NCBI GenBank assembly: GCA_046582655.1
Contig: JAYGDX010000346.1
Coordinates: forward strand, 46,999-110,998
Direction of reading: 5' to 3'
DNA length: 64,000 nt
Source: Candidatus Poribacteria bacterium
GTDB taxonomy: Bacteria; Poribacteria; WGA-4E; UBA9662
Part shown: positions 21,312 to 31,624 of the stretch, in pieces
Numbering within the stretch: the stretch's first letter is position 1
How the letters are laid out: each line of letters starts with the position of its first letter
Program-made: the position numbers and the translations under genes
The notes under the pieces: model-generated
Database searches by the model: none
The model's input: only the letters and a program-made list of their open reading frames with translations
Told to the model about the DNA's origin: nothing

Positions 21312-21851
21312 ATTAGAAAAAGATATGATGACAGGAAGAAGTCGCCGCAAAGTAGAATTAATGGACAAATTAGAGCTGGGGAATTGCGTGTTGTTAGTTC
21401 CAGTAATGAGCAGTTGGGAATAATAACGTTACAGGAGGCCTTAGAAATTGCAGGAAATGAGGGGTTGGATCTCGTTGAGGTCGCCCCAACTGCTGATCCG
21501 CCTGTCTGTAAGGTTATGGACTATGGAAAGTTCCTGTACGAAAAGAGTAAAAGGGAAAAGGAAGCGCGAAAGAAGCAAGCAAAGGTAATTTTAAAGGAAA
21601 TTCAATTTCGGCCCGATACGGCTGATCACGATTATCAGTTTAAAATGCGCCATGCTCGTGAGTTTTTGACCAAGGGGTACAAGGTAAGGTCGGTTGTGCG
21701 TTTTAGGGGCCGTCAAATGCTTCATACCAACTTGGGCCGGGACGTGCTTCATCGGCTTGTTACCGATGTCGGAGATGTTGCTGAGGTTGAGTTGGGTCCT
21801 AAAATGGAAAACAACTTGATGGCTATAATCTTAGCTCCTAAGACTTCTTAA
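21312..21851 (+). CDS. infC: Translation initiation factor IF-3, ATT start
   Basis: GGAGGTG RBS then in-frame ATT at 21312 giving 'RINGQIRAGELRVV'; 'LDLVEVAP.A.PPVCKVMDYGKF.YE', 'RFRGR'. Confidence 0.96.
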   Translation: MRKRYDDRKKSPQSRINGQIRAGELRVVSSSNEQLGIITLQEALEIAGNEGLDLVEVAPTADPPVCKVMDYGKFLYEKSKREKEARKKQAKVILKEIQFRPDTADHDYQFKMRHAREFLTKGYKVRSVVRFRGRQMLHTNLGRDVLHRLVTDVGDVAEVELGPKMENNLMAIILAPKTS

Positions 21852-21910
21852 CATAGCGATAACTGAGCGAATTGTAATATATAACAGATGTAACGTGAGA
21901 GAGGATTAGA

Positions 21911-22105
21911 ATGCCAAAAATGAAGACGCACAAAGGTGCAGCCAAAAGACTCCGATATACAGGTACGGGAAAAATCCGTAGACGCCGGGCGGGTGCAGGT
22001 CACCTCTTTATCTCAAAATCATCGAACCAGAAACGACGACTTCGAAAGAGTACGTTGGTTGATCCAAGTAACGTGAAGAATATCCGCAGATTGATACCAA
22101 GATAG
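21911..22105 (+). CDS. rpmI: 50S ribosomal protein L35
   Basis: 'MPKMKTHKGAAKR..TGTGK'; position between infC and rplT. Confidence 0.97.
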   Translation: MPKMKTHKGAAKRLRYTGTGKIRRRRAGAGHLFISKSSNQKRRLRKSTLVDPSNVKNIRRLIPR

Positions 22106-22123
22106 TTTTGTTAGGAGCAGGTT

Positions 22124-22471
22124 TTGCCAAGGGTTAAAACAGGAAGTATCAGGCGGCAGCGTCGCAAAAAGATTCTTAAGTTGGCCAAAGGCTACCGTGG
22201 ACGTCGTAAGAATATCCGCAGAACTGCTATCAACGCAGTTGAAAAAGGGCTAAATTATGCATATGCGCATCGTCGGTCGCGAAAGAGAGATTTCAGGAGG
22301 CTTTGGATAACCCGTATTAATGCGGCTGCCAGAATGCACGGTTTATCATATAGTCGGTTGATTGATGGATTGAAGAAAGTTGGTGTTGACTTGAATCGAA
22401 AGGTGCTTGCTGATATTGCGGTTCGTGATGAAGCGGGTTTCGCAAAAATTGTCGAAGTTGCCCAAGGATAA
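22124..22471 (+). CDS. rplT: 50S ribosomal protein L20
   Basis: 'MPRVK', 'AKGY.G', '[17 protein letters not shown]', 'LNRKVLA'. Confidence 0.98.
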   Translation: MPRVKTGSIRRQRRKKILKLAKGYRGRRKNIRRTAINAVEKGLNYAYAHRRSRKRDFRRLWITRINAAARMHGLSYSRLIDGLKKVGVDLNRKVLADIAVRDEAGFAKIVEVAQG

Positions 22472-22495
22472 TTTCAATTTAACAGTTGTATTAAT

Positions 22496-22539
22496 AAAGC
22501 CTACCATTTTTCGCGGATTTAGAAAATGGTAGGCTTTTT
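22496..22539 (+). terminator. Intrinsic terminator after rplT
   Basis: 15-bp stem AAAGCCTACCATTTT/AAAATGGTAGGCTTT ending in a T run. Confidence 0.75.
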
Positions 22540-22573
22540 GCATTAATGAAAACTGTAGGAAGGAGTTAACAGT

Positions 22574-23317
22574 ATGGGTAGAATCCCAGTCGCACTCCAA
22601 ATGTATACAGTTAGGGATGTATGCGAAAAGGATTTTGTTGGTGCTCTTCATCAAGTAGCCGATATCGGCTATGAAGCCGTAGAACTTGCTGGTAACTACG
22701 GCTTGGACGCTGAAATTTTGCGTGATGTTCTTGCTGATATAAATTTGAAGTGTATCGGCAGTCACACGGGCTTTGATGACATCGATCAAGTGGTGGCATT
22801 TCATAAAACCATTAATTGTAATTATGTTGGAGGATCTTCGATGTCGCCCGCTGGATTTCCTTCCGATAGCAAGAGCCTCTTGGCTGCGGCAAAATATAGT
22901 AATGAACTTGGATTAGTATTAAAGGAGCAAGGTCTTCATTTCTATTTTCATAATCACGCGCATGAGTTCCAAAAAATTGATGATCGTTATACCTTAGATC
23001 TTTTTTATGAATCTACCGAGCCTCAACTTGTCTACGCACAGATTGACGTCTTCTGGGTACAATACGCCGATGTCAATCCGGCAACCTACCTGCGTCAATA
23101 TCCGAACCGATGTCCACTGGTTCATATTAAGGATATGGATGCAAATAAAGATTTCACTGAAGTTGGTCATGGCGTTTTGGATTGGGATGATATTTTTGCT
23201 GCCTGTGAAGAGGTCAATGCCCAGTGGTATGTGGTAGAACAGGACCGTTGTCACCGGCCATCAATGGAGAGTGCAAAAATTAGTTTTGAGGCTTTTCGAA
23301 AACGCGGCATGGTTTAG
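22574..23317 (+). CDS. Sugar phosphate isomerase/epimerase (xylose isomerase-like TIM barrel)
   Basis: 'QMYTVRD', 'GYEAVELAG', 'HNHAHEF', 'D.FW', 'HIKD', 'VEQD'. Confidence 0.9.
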   Translation: MGRIPVALQMYTVRDVCEKDFVGALHQVADIGYEAVELAGNYGLDAEILRDVLADINLKCIGSHTGFDDIDQVVAFHKTINCNYVGGSSMSPAGFPSDSKSLLAAAKYSNELGLVLKEQGLHFYFHNHAHEFQKIDDRYTLDLFYESTEPQLVYAQIDVFWVQYADVNPATYLRQYPNRCPLVHIKDMDANKDFTEVGHGVLDWDDIFAACEEVNAQWYVVEQDRCHRPSMESAKISFEAFRKRGMV

Positions 23318-23348
23318 ATCAAATCTAGTTTTAATATTGAATTATGTT

Positions 23349-23384
23349 ACCGGGAGCAGAAGGTTCTTGCTCCCGGTGTCTTTT
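23349..23384 (+). terminator. Probable intrinsic terminator
   Basis: ACCGGGAGCA-N9-TGCTCCCGGT followed by GTCTTTT. Confidence 0.6.
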
Positions 23385-23401
23385 GCCCCTCTGTTTGTAA
23401 A

Positions 23402-25585
23402 ATGCTGGATCTTTTGAATTTCCGCACCATTCTTTTTTTATGTTTCTTACAGTCAATTGTTCTGGGATGTACGGATCAGAGGACTAAAACCTCTGCTTCT
23501 AAATCTGCTGAATCTGACCATCTGTTGCCTCAAATTACCGATCAACCCATCTCGGCAAAAGATTGGTCTATGTTTATGGCCAATCTCCAGTTCTCAGGCC
23601 ATAGCACAGATGTTAATCTGAAACCGCCTCTTTGTCTGCGTTGGAAATTTAAGACGGGCGGCAAAGTACAAGCAAGTCCGATTGTTGTCAATGAAACTGT
23701 CTACGTTGGATCTAACGATGGAATTCTTTATGCACTAGATGCCAAAGTATGGAAGGTTAAATGGACGTTTCGTGTTGGGGGGAGTATCCGTAACGCAGCA
23801 GTATTCTGGAACAATCGGATTTTTTTTAGTACTGCTAATAACGTAATTTATGCCTTATCCGCCGAAACAGGGGATAAAATTTGGCAATACAAATCGCAAT
23901 CATGGATTGATACACCGCCGATAGCATCACTTGGTCAGATTTACTTTGGAGCTTATAGCGATAAAATTTATGCGTTTAATGCAGTCACTGGTGAACTTAC
24001 ACGATCAATTCGGCGTAGAGTACGAATTGATGGAACAGACTATGTTTGCAGACAAGGTAGGTTAACACCGTTAACGGTCATGCATCAAACCGGTCAGTGG
24101 CGGAACCTCATTCCATTTTCACAGAGCTTGGCGGTTTCTGCAAATAATGTTGCCTATATAGGTGCTCGCGATAATAAGATTTACGCGATTGACATCGGTT
24201 CAAAGGAACATATCTGGTCATATAAAACGGACGGATATATCGATGCAGTACCCGCAATTTCAGATGGTATGCTCTATGTAGCTTCTTGTGATGGCTATAT
24301 TTATGCCTTTGAAAATGACACAGGTACTCGGCAACAAGTGAAACGGAAACCGGGAAGAACCGGTACGATAATATCCGATAACAGAAAAGTTTACGAAACC
24401 GCTGGGCTTGAACAGGTCAAGCTGCAACTGAACGACGGTGTAGAAGTTGATATTATTAATCGAAACATTTTATTTTATCAAATTGCGTTGCCCAGTGGAG
24501 AAAGTGGTTGGGTTGATTGGCAGTCAATCGGTATTTTTGATCAAACAGATGGAATACTGTTTAACACAGTTGTTTGTTCAAATATCGAAACGTTTAAACT
24601 TATTAAAGGCGCTGAGTCACCACATTGGTCACCAAATGGACGTCTTATCGCTTTTTTGCGGCGGAAAAATCTATCTGGTCAGTACTGGAAAGCTAGTGAA
24701 CTGTGGATCATGGATCCAATCTCGAATAAGTCAAGACGGTTATGCCATGGTGATTTTTACAATCCTAATCTTTCATGGTCTCTTGATGGTAACTTTATTA
24801 CTTTTGAGGCATATCATCAAGGTGAAAGCTATGTTTGGGTGATCGATCAATTTGCCAAAAACCTGACCCGGTTGATAAAAGGGGACGCGCCGGCGTGGTC
24901 ACCAATAGCAAATCAGGTTGCCTTTCGTCGATGGGAAGAAGGTGTTGATACAATTTACCTTATTAATATGGATAAAACAGGCCTAAAAGAAGTTGTTGGT
25001 ATTCCGATTGAAGGAAAGATTAGCACATTTACCTACCTGAATCCGCCAGTATGGTCACCGAATGGACAATACCTTGCTCTCGGTATGGATCGTCAATATT
25101 TTAAGGATGGATACGCCAGTGTGCGGATCTACGAAATTAATGGTCGAAAATCAAGGGAATTTTTTACCCAGTCTCAACGAGTTGGACAGATCTTGTGGTC
25201 ACAGGATACGTCTAGAATGATGTATGTTACAACAGGAAACTTGAAGCGTGATCCGGTGCTTGATAAAAGGATACACCTGACTAGTGTGAGTTTGCCCAAT
25301 CAGGAAAGAATTATTAAACATACTTCTCCCTCGTGGTCGCCTACAGGAAATCGAGTTGTCTTTATGGAACGAGAGGACTGTATGGGAATCCAGTGGAAGG
25401 TTTGGTTACTTGAACTTGAAACAAATCAAATGGTCGCTATTGCTCGGACGAAGAAGCACCTGACTGCTGTTGAATGGCTTCCGAGTGGAGATCGAATCTG
25501 TCTCTGGCATACGTCAAAATATCTACGTGGCGGTGAGTATAGTCCCGCTACGACAAAGGGGTGGGTCGTCAAGATTAATCGATGA
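23402..25585 (+). CDS. Lipoprotein with PQQ/BamB-type beta-propeller, SH3-like segment and TolB/PD40 repeats
   Basis: Lipobox VLGC; repeated 'SP.V....VYVGS.DG.LYALDA'; 'G..GWV'; repeated 'P.WSP.G'. Confidence 0.8.
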   Translation: MLDLLNFRTILFLCFLQSIVLGCTDQRTKTSASKSAESDHLLPQITDQPISAKDWSMFMANLQFSGHSTDVNLKPPLCLRWKFKTGGKVQASPIVVNETVYVGSNDGILYALDAKVWKVKWTFRVGGSIRNAAVFWNNRIFFSTANNVIYALSAETGDKIWQYKSQSWIDTPPIASLGQIYFGAYSDKIYAFNAVTGELTRSIRRRVRIDGTDYVCRQGRLTPLTVMHQTGQWRNLIPFSQSLAVSANNVAYIGARDNKIYAIDIGSKEHIWSYKTDGYIDAVPAISDGMLYVASCDGYIYAFENDTGTRQQVKRKPGRTGTIISDNRKVYETAGLEQVKLQLNDGVEVDIINRNILFYQIALPSGESGWVDWQSIGIFDQTDGILFNTVVCSNIETFKLIKGAESPHWSPNGRLIAFLRRKNLSGQYWKASELWIMDPISNKSRRLCHGDFYNPNLSWSLDGNFITFEAYHQGESYVWVIDQFAKNLTRLIKGDAPAWSPIANQVAFRRWEEGVDTIYLINMDKTGLKEVVGIPIEGKISTFTYLNPPVWSPNGQYLALGMDRQYFKDGYASVRIYEINGRKSREFFTQSQRVGQILWSQDTSRMMYVTTGNLKRDPVLDKRIHLTSVSLPNQERIIKHTSPSWSPTGNRVVFMEREDCMGIQWKVWLLELETNQMVAIARTKKHLTAVEWLPSGDRICLWHTSKYLRGGEYSPATTKGWVVKINR

Positions 25586-25653
25586 CCTGTTGTTAGTACG
25601 GTTCGTTATGTTTAGATAAAATGAAGAATTAAAGTTTAATTAGGGAATACCAA

Positions 25654-26739
25654 ATGCCTAAAGTTGTTGTTGGACACATGGATGACCCCAAAAGTCTTAG
25701 GCCTATTTATGATAGATTCTATGATGAGCATCCTGAATTAAAAATAGGTTGTGATGAGTTTGAGGGTGAAGGGGAATTTGTCGCTCAGCACGAAGGAATT
25801 CGATTCATCTGGATCGAGAAAGGAGAAGGCGAAGCCTATCTTGATGTTGGTTACCGAACACAGGAAGGTGATGGAGAAAAACTACCTGACTGTTATACGA
25901 GCGAGAAAGTTGATGCCGAAAATTTACCCATATTGCAATCAATCGCAGAAAATCTGGATACACTACATCCAGCAGTTCTGTTGCCCGTTAAATCGGTTTT
26001 GAGCCGGTTTGATGGGGAGATTACAATTGGTGATATTTCCAATGAAATCCGGCTAATGGTGGAAACCGGGATCGATCGAGTCAACTGGACAAGTCGTCCT
26101 AAAGTTCGCCGATCTTTTGAATTGCTTCTGGAAAACTACTCACAGATGGGTTGGTCGACAAAGCAAGCAGGATCTTTTGAATCGATCAAGGTTGGCGATC
26201 AACTGACAGTTACGGCTGACGAACCGGTACGTGTTCGCGGTAAATTTCGGTATTGGTGGATTGAAGATACCAGTATATTCATGACGCACGTGACAACTGC
26301 CAGGCGCTTAAATTATATTCGAAATGCTATCGCCAAGTCTGGTGAGTTTCGAGTTTTGACTATGCCATGGTTTTGTTACACTGAAACTGAAGATAAACTG
26401 GACGGTGTCAACAGTGTCAACAACCATGTCCTTCATATTACAGATCAAAACTCGCGGACGCACTATCATCCTGTGCAAGCCATTGGTGGTGGTAAACCGC
26501 AACACGAGATTCATATCGTCCTTGAGCCCAGTGCTTTGGGGGTCGATATACAAGAAAACGAAAGTTATATTGATGTCTTCCCTGAAGTAGATGATTTAAC
26601 CGTTCATCAGAAAATTGAGTTATCTCCTGGTACCATTGTTTATATTCCTCCTGGAATTGGACACCGTATCGTAAATGCTGTTGTTAGTGTGTTGGGAATA
26701 CCTGGATTCAAACTGAACAACACAATTTTTCTCGACTAA
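25654..26739 (+). CDS. Hypothetical protein with cupin-like C-terminus
   Basis: 'THYHP....QHE' and 'PG.IVYIPPG.GHR' cupin motifs. Confidence 0.65.
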   Translation: MPKVVVGHMDDPKSLRPIYDRFYDEHPELKIGCDEFEGEGEFVAQHEGIRFIWIEKGEGEAYLDVGYRTQEGDGEKLPDCYTSEKVDAENLPILQSIAENLDTLHPAVLLPVKSVLSRFDGEITIGDISNEIRLMVETGIDRVNWTSRPKVRRSFELLLENYSQMGWSTKQAGSFESIKVGDQLTVTADEPVRVRGKFRYWWIEDTSIFMTHVTTARRLNYIRNAIAKSGEFRVLTMPWFCYTETEDKLDGVNSVNNHVLHITDQNSRTHYHPVQAIGGGKPQHEIHIVLEPSALGVDIQENESYIDVFPEVDDLTVHQKIELSPGTIVYIPPGIGHRIVNAVVSVLGIPGFKLNNTIFLD

Positions 26740-26767
26740 CGAACCTTAGTTGGTCAAGAGGGCAGTC

Positions 26768-27673
26768 ATGAAATTTTCGAGCATGAGAGTGAATCTGTCA
26801 ACCTTCAGGCTAATCGCCAATCCAATCTCTGGAAAAGGGAGAGGTCGGAAATTTTCTGAAATCGCTCTGAAAAAGCTTGAAGCTGCCGGATTTGAAGGAG
26901 AATTAGTTCTTACGACTGGGCCTGGTCACGCAAATCAGTTAGCGCAGGATGCGATTTCAACAGGAATACGATGGTTAATTGCTTGTGGTGGTGACGGAAC
27001 TATACATGAAATTGTCAATGCTATTGGCCCGCGGCGGGATATTATCCTTGGTCTGATTCCCTGTGGCAAAGGAAACGATCTGGCATCCGCTCTTCGGATC
27101 CCCAAAAATCCGATTCAAGCAATTGAGGTTTTGCTAGCTCAGCAGACGCGTCAGATCGATCTGGGAAAGATTGGAGATAAAATTTTTCATACTATTGCAA
27201 CCTGCGGCTACGATGCGGAAGTCGGTCGTCGAGTTACAGAGGAAGGTTCGATCTTATCTGGAACACTTGCTTACGTCCAGAAAGCCATTACAACATTGTC
27301 TAAATTTGATCCTCCGGATGCTCGAATCGAAGGTGATTTTGGTATACTGGAAGGAAAGATTCTGTTGACATCAGTAGGAATCACTTCTAGCTATGGCGGT
27401 GGTATGAAGATTCTGCCGGACGCAGTTGTAGACGATGGGTTGTTTGATGTCTGTATTGTTAATCCGATACCCAATTTAACAATTTTGCGAATACTTGTCA
27501 CGCTATATTGGGGCGGGCACATCGATCATCCCGATGTACAAATACATCGGACTCGAACCTTATGTATCGATACAGATCCACCGCTTAAACTCTATGCCGA
27601 TGGTGAGCTCATTGGGCCGGTACCCGCTAAAATTGAAATGGTTAATCAAGGAATGACAGTTGTTGTTCCTTAA
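26768..27673 (+). CDS. Diacylglycerol/lipid kinase (YegS/DgkB family)
   Basis: 'IANPISGKG', 'GGDGT', 'IP.G.GND', 'YGGG', 'DDG.FD', 'DGE'. Confidence 0.92.
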   Translation: MKFSSMRVNLSTFRLIANPISGKGRGRKFSEIALKKLEAAGFEGELVLTTGPGHANQLAQDAISTGIRWLIACGGDGTIHEIVNAIGPRRDIILGLIPCGKGNDLASALRIPKNPIQAIEVLLAQQTRQIDLGKIGDKIFHTIATCGYDAEVGRRVTEEGSILSGTLAYVQKAITTLSKFDPPDARIEGDFGILEGKILLTSVGITSSYGGGMKILPDAVVDDGLFDVCIVNPIPNLTILRILVTLYWGGHIDHPDVQIHRTRTLCIDTDPPLKLYADGELIGPVPAKIEMVNQGMTVVVP

Positions 27674-28492
27674 TTAGCAAATCTTAACCGTACCATCATA
27701 GCGCGATGATTAGATAAATCGACATCGAAAATCTGGCATCTTCTTTCCTTATCGATTCGCAGGAACTCATCCTGAAAACTTGGAATGATTAGTATGTGAT
27801 CGAGCAGATTTTTCTCGTTTTGGTAAACGTAGGTGAACCTGTTTGCCAGATCAACTGATTCTGCTGTTTGGATCATGTTTGCTCATGTATCGTCAAGTCC
27901 TCGTAATTTTTGAATTGCTAGTGTTCCAGGGGTATCGTTCATGTCGTCCATGATGATGATGTTTTTATTAGCGGTTAGTCCTTTAATGGCTTGACGTCTG
28001 ACGACCATTGCTTGGGATAGTCTTTTAACATCGTTTTTAAGAATGCGAGAAATGAGAGGTGTAATCAGAACGTAAGTCGGTTGGCCTTCAGTCTTCAATT
28101 CCACTCCCAGAATTTTTGATGGTCGAACAGATTTTTCATGACCGTCTACCATATAATTTTCGCGTTGATCAGGGAAATTCGTGATACTGCTTTTGACGGC
28201 TGGGAATTTTGTCAGGATTGCGACATCCTGTCCAGTATAGGAGTCTTGCCCTTCCTCAAAGATGGCCTGCTATTCCTTATGGTTTTTTCAGGTGAGATTT
28301 CACCTTTACCACCACAGCGCGATTCTCAACTTCAGCTAATCCTACTAGATTGTCAAAGAAGAACTCAGTGTTAAGTAAGAAAATGTTGACATCAAGATCG
28401 GTTGATCCACATCCGGGCCAGCAAGAAACAGTAAGGATCGAGGCGATAGAGACCCACCTGTTTTTATGTGGAGATGCACTTTCTCTTTTCAT
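27670..28492 (-). pseudogene. Fragmented probable lipoprotein gene
   Basis: Three consecutive minus-strand pieces (28277-28492, 27883-28152, 27670-27876). The last two are in one frame split by a single TGA; the first has a signal-like 'WPGC' and is out of frame. Confidence 0.5.
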
Positions 28493-28494
28493 TC

Positions 28495-28896
28495 TTATCC
28501 CTCAAGGATTTTCACATAAATTTCTCTGTTTCTCGGTCCATCAAACTCACAAAAGAAAATCCCCTGCCAGGTGCCAAGAACCAGTTTCTCATTTTCTATG
28601 ATAACTGGCTCGGAACTACCGAAAAGACTAGCTTTAACATGAGCTGCTGAATTGTCTTCCATATGCTGATAACGGCGATCAACAAATGGAATAATCTCAT
28701 CGATAATTAACAGAATGTCGTGTGATACCATCGGATCGGCACTCTCATTAATTGTGATGCCGGCAGTCGTATGTGGTACGTATATATGGCAGATACCACT
28801 TTGAATTTGGTTCCTTTTAACGATTTGTTGGATCTGTTTGGTGATGGAAACAAATTCAGTTTTTCTTTGTGTTCGAACATCCAATTTTTCTAACAA
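28495..28896 (-). CDS. yjbQ: YjbQ/UPF0047 family protein
   Basis: 'PHTTAGITINE.ADP.V..D', 'Y.H.E.NS.AH.K', 'LGTWQGIFFCEFDGPR.R'. Confidence 0.93.
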   Translation of the reverse strand: MLEKLDVRTQRKTEFVSITKQIQQIVKRNQIQSGICHIYVPHTTAGITINESADPMVSHDILLIIDEIIPFVDRRYQHMEDNSAAHVKASLFGSSEPVIIENEKLVLGTWQGIFFCEFDGPRNREIYVKILEG

Positions 28897-28982
28897 TACT
28901 TTACCTCATCTCTTTTCGTAAGTCTATCGTAACCTGGGTGGGTTGTCCCGTTTGTTCAGAACGTTCAGTTCCGCATTTTCTG

Positions 28983-29011
28983 TTGACCGTGTTAGGTGAA
29001 AGTGTTATGAT
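28983..29011 (+). promoter_or_regulatory. sigma70-type promoter
   Basis: TTGACC-N17-TATGAT with TG extension. Confidence 0.55.
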
Positions 29012-29071
29012 TTTTAGCGATAGAATTTAGTCTATCACAGCATAATTTCTGCTGGTCGAATAAAAAATCCG

Positions 29072-29655
29072 ATGAAGGCAATTGCTTTTAGTGTCTTGAT
29101 TATAGGCCTTATCGTTTTTACCTTCTGTCTTCTGTTTGTGCTTTTGGGGATTATTGAAATTGAGGAACCAATAAGGATAATGAACATTTCCCTTGTTTAG
29201 TTGGGGATTATCGTTGTCATTGGGGCTGCAAAGGGGGAAAATGGTTATACAACGAGAAGCTGAATCCTGTTGATCGTGCTTATGCTACCTTAGTTGACAT
29301 GCGTGTTGAGGAACAGACAACTCCGTCAAGGACACATTTAACGGAAACAGATGTTGTATTGTTTTCTACTAAATTTGGGATGTTTGAATTGGAGGATAAC
29401 AGAAAAATTGAACTTATGCTGACTTCAAATACCCGTTCAATTATCGTTGGTACACATGGACTATTGACGTATCGGAAAAATCGGGCGCTGGAAGGTCTCA
29501 ACTTTTTCAGCTACTCTGGGGTATTTGAATTGGAAGACTCATTCCCTTTTGAATTAGTATTGAATTCCAAAGTGCAAGTGGTTGAGATTGATGCTCAAGG
29601 GGAATTGATCTGTCGTAACAACCATGCACTGGATTTTATTGTTGAGGAAGGATAA
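29072..29655 (+). pseudogene. Disrupted membrane protein with DUF2500-like domain
   Basis: Hydrophobic 'MKAIAFSVLIIGLIVFTF...' ORF with an in-frame TAG and a frame change near a G5 run, continuing as 'WLYNEKLNPVDRAYATLVDMR...FELEDNRKIEL...G..GLLTY' (ORF 29299-29655). Confidence 0.45.
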
Positions 29656-29664
29656 AGTTAAAGT

Positions 29665-30879
29665 ATGATGCTGACGGTTGATCAAGCTCGAACCCGAATT
29701 TTAGATGCCGTGACACGTATGCCTACCAAAAAATGCGATATTGTCGATAGCCTGGGATCTGTTCTGGCTCAAAACGTCTACGCTGATGAAAATATTCCGC
29801 CATTCGATAATTCTGCTATGGATGGATATGCGTTGATCGCGGGTGATGTTAAGGCCGCCTCAGATGAAAACCCGGTAACTTTGGACGTCATTGAAACAAT
29901 CCCCGCTGGTTATGCGCCAGCGAAACAGGTTAAGAATGGTCAGGCTACCCGTATTATGACAGGTGCTATGATGCCGAGTGGAGCTGATAGTGTTGTCATG
30001 GTTGAAAAGACGGAATCAAAAGAGGACAGCGTGGATATTTTTGATCCGGCCGCAAAAGCTCAAAATGTCCGGTTTGCTGGTGAAAGCGTCAAAACTGGGG
30101 ATTTGGTTATGTCAGCAGGGAAAGTCATCCGTCCACAGGAAATTGCCATGTTGGCTTCCCTTAACATCTCGGAGGTTGATAGATATCAACCTCCTAAAGT
30201 GGCGGTTGTTTCTACTGGAGATGAGTTGACACCACTAGGTGCAGAATTAAAACCGGGAAAGATCCGAGATAGTAACCGTTATGGGATCTGTGCCCAACTT
30301 GTTGAGGCTGGATTCGAAGTCATTGACATGGGCATTTGTGGTGATGATGTGGTCGAACTTGAGCGAAACTTGCGTTCAGCGCTTGGACAAGCGGATGCCT
30401 TAATCACGAGTGGGGGAGTTTCTGTTGGCGATTATGATGTTGTTAAAATTGTGCTTGAGAAATTAGGTGACATCAACTTTTGGAGAGTGGCCATGAAACC
30501 AGGAAAGCCACAAGCTTTTGGAATCGCCGATGGTAAGCCCATCTTCGGTTTACCTGGAAATCCAGTGTCATCATTAACCGTATTTGAGCTTTTTGTTCGA
30601 CCTGCGTTACTCAAGATGGCTGGATATACTAAGTTGCTACGTCCGACATTTGAAGCCGTTTTGGAAACTGACATTAAGAACGATACGAACCGGGTTAACT
30701 TTATGCGGGCTATTATTGAAAAACATAATGGGAAGTATCATGCTAAAATTGCTGGCGATCAAGGTTCAGGTATCCTTTATTCGCTTGTTTTAGCCAATGG
30801 TTTAATTACTATTCCTGCTAACCAGACGGTTTATGCTGGTGAGACAGTGGAAGCACAGTTTTTTGGAGATGCATCTTAA
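29665..30879 (+). CDS. moeA: Molybdopterin molybdenumtransferase MoeA (Glp)
   Basis: 'PPFDNSAMDGYA', 'IMTGA..P.GAD.V', 'STGDEL', 'SGGVSVG..D', 'MKPGKP', 'LPGNPVS'. Confidence 0.96.
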   Translation: MMLTVDQARTRILDAVTRMPTKKCDIVDSLGSVLAQNVYADENIPPFDNSAMDGYALIAGDVKAASDENPVTLDVIETIPAGYAPAKQVKNGQATRIMTGAMMPSGADSVVMVEKTESKEDSVDIFDPAAKAQNVRFAGESVKTGDLVMSAGKVIRPQEIAMLASLNISEVDRYQPPKVAVVSTGDELTPLGAELKPGKIRDSNRYGICAQLVEAGFEVIDMGICGDDVVELERNLRSALGQADALITSGGVSVGDYDVVKIVLEKLGDINFWRVAMKPGKPQAFGIADGKPIFGLPGNPVSSLTVFELFVRPALLKMAGYTKLLRPTFEAVLETDIKNDTNRVNFMRAIIEKHNGKYHAKIAGDQGSGILYSLVLANGLITIPANQTVYAGETVEAQFFGDAS

Positions 30880-30902
30880 AAGTGCAAATGAGGAGAAGTA
30901 TT

Positions 30903-31271
30903 ATGAGTCAGGGAAAAATTTTTCAAGTTGGAGGGGTAGAACTGCATGTCGATAATCGGTCTCTTGGTGATGACGGAGGACCTTCAGTTCGTGTTTTTGG
31001 GGATGTCGATGGGAAATCAGTTCAATTGTTACGTTTTGATTGTTTTCGAAAGAATCCTCACTATCATTACGATCCATCTGGAAAAAACGACATGCATTCA
31101 ATTGACGAGACTGGTATTCCCGATTCAGTCAGTTGGACTATTGCACAACTTGGAAACAACCTGCCAGACATGATCCGCACATCCGGTTATGATGGCGTGG
31201 CTGATGGCGTTGATCAGGCAGCCATAGCATTAGTTTTATCAAAGGTTGAAACGTTCATGCTTGCGGACTAA
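30903..31271 (+). CDS. Conserved hypothetical protein
   Basis: GAGGAG RBS; 'DGGPSVRV', 'LLRFDCF..NPHYHYDP'. Confidence 0.75.
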   Translation: MSQGKIFQVGGVELHVDNRSLGDDGGPSVRVFGDVDGKSVQLLRFDCFRKNPHYHYDPSGKNDMHSIDETGIPDSVSWTIAQLGNNLPDMIRTSGYDGVADGVDQAAIALVLSKVETFMLAD

Positions 31272-31318
31272 ACGACTTTGTTTCTTTGATTATTTAGTAT
31301 TAAAAAGGAGTTAAATGA

Positions 31319-31621
31319 ATGCCTACATACGAGTACAAATGCCTCGAATGTGATCATAAATTTGAAGCATTTCAGTCAATGAAAGACGATCCACTTGAGT
31401 CCTGTCCTGAATGTGAGGGGAATGTGAAGAGGTTGATCAGTTCAGGTGCAGGTTTGATTTTCAAGGGATCTGGTTTCTATATTACGGATTACCGAGGTGA
31501 TGGATACAAGGAAGCTGCTAAGAAGGATAAGGAAGCCGCTAGCGGAAGCAGTGATGGTAAAAGTAAATCAGATAGTGGTGAATCTAAGGGCAGTTCAGGT
31601 GAATCTAAGGGGACAGATTAG
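31319..31621 (+). CDS. FmdB family zinc-ribbon protein
   Basis: 'MPTYEYKC..C.H.FE', 'CPEC.G', 'FKGSGFYITDY'. Confidence 0.93.
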   Translation: MPTYEYKCLECDHKFEAFQSMKDDPLESCPECEGNVKRLISSGAGLIFKGSGFYITDYRGDGYKEAAKKDKEAASGSSDGKSKSDSGESKGSSGESKGTD

Positions 31622-31624
31622 CTT

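Noticed and set aside
27877..27885. In-frame TGA suggesting stop-codon reassignment or selenocysteine
   Set aside because: TGA terminates intact genes here (ispE, amidase, sulfatase), the same locus also has a frameshift, and other remnants break at TAG or TAA, so decay is simpler.
31576..31611. GGTGAATCTAAGGG duplicated in the FmdB gene
   Set aside because: Ordinary slippage in a low-complexity Ser/Gly/Lys tail typical of the family.
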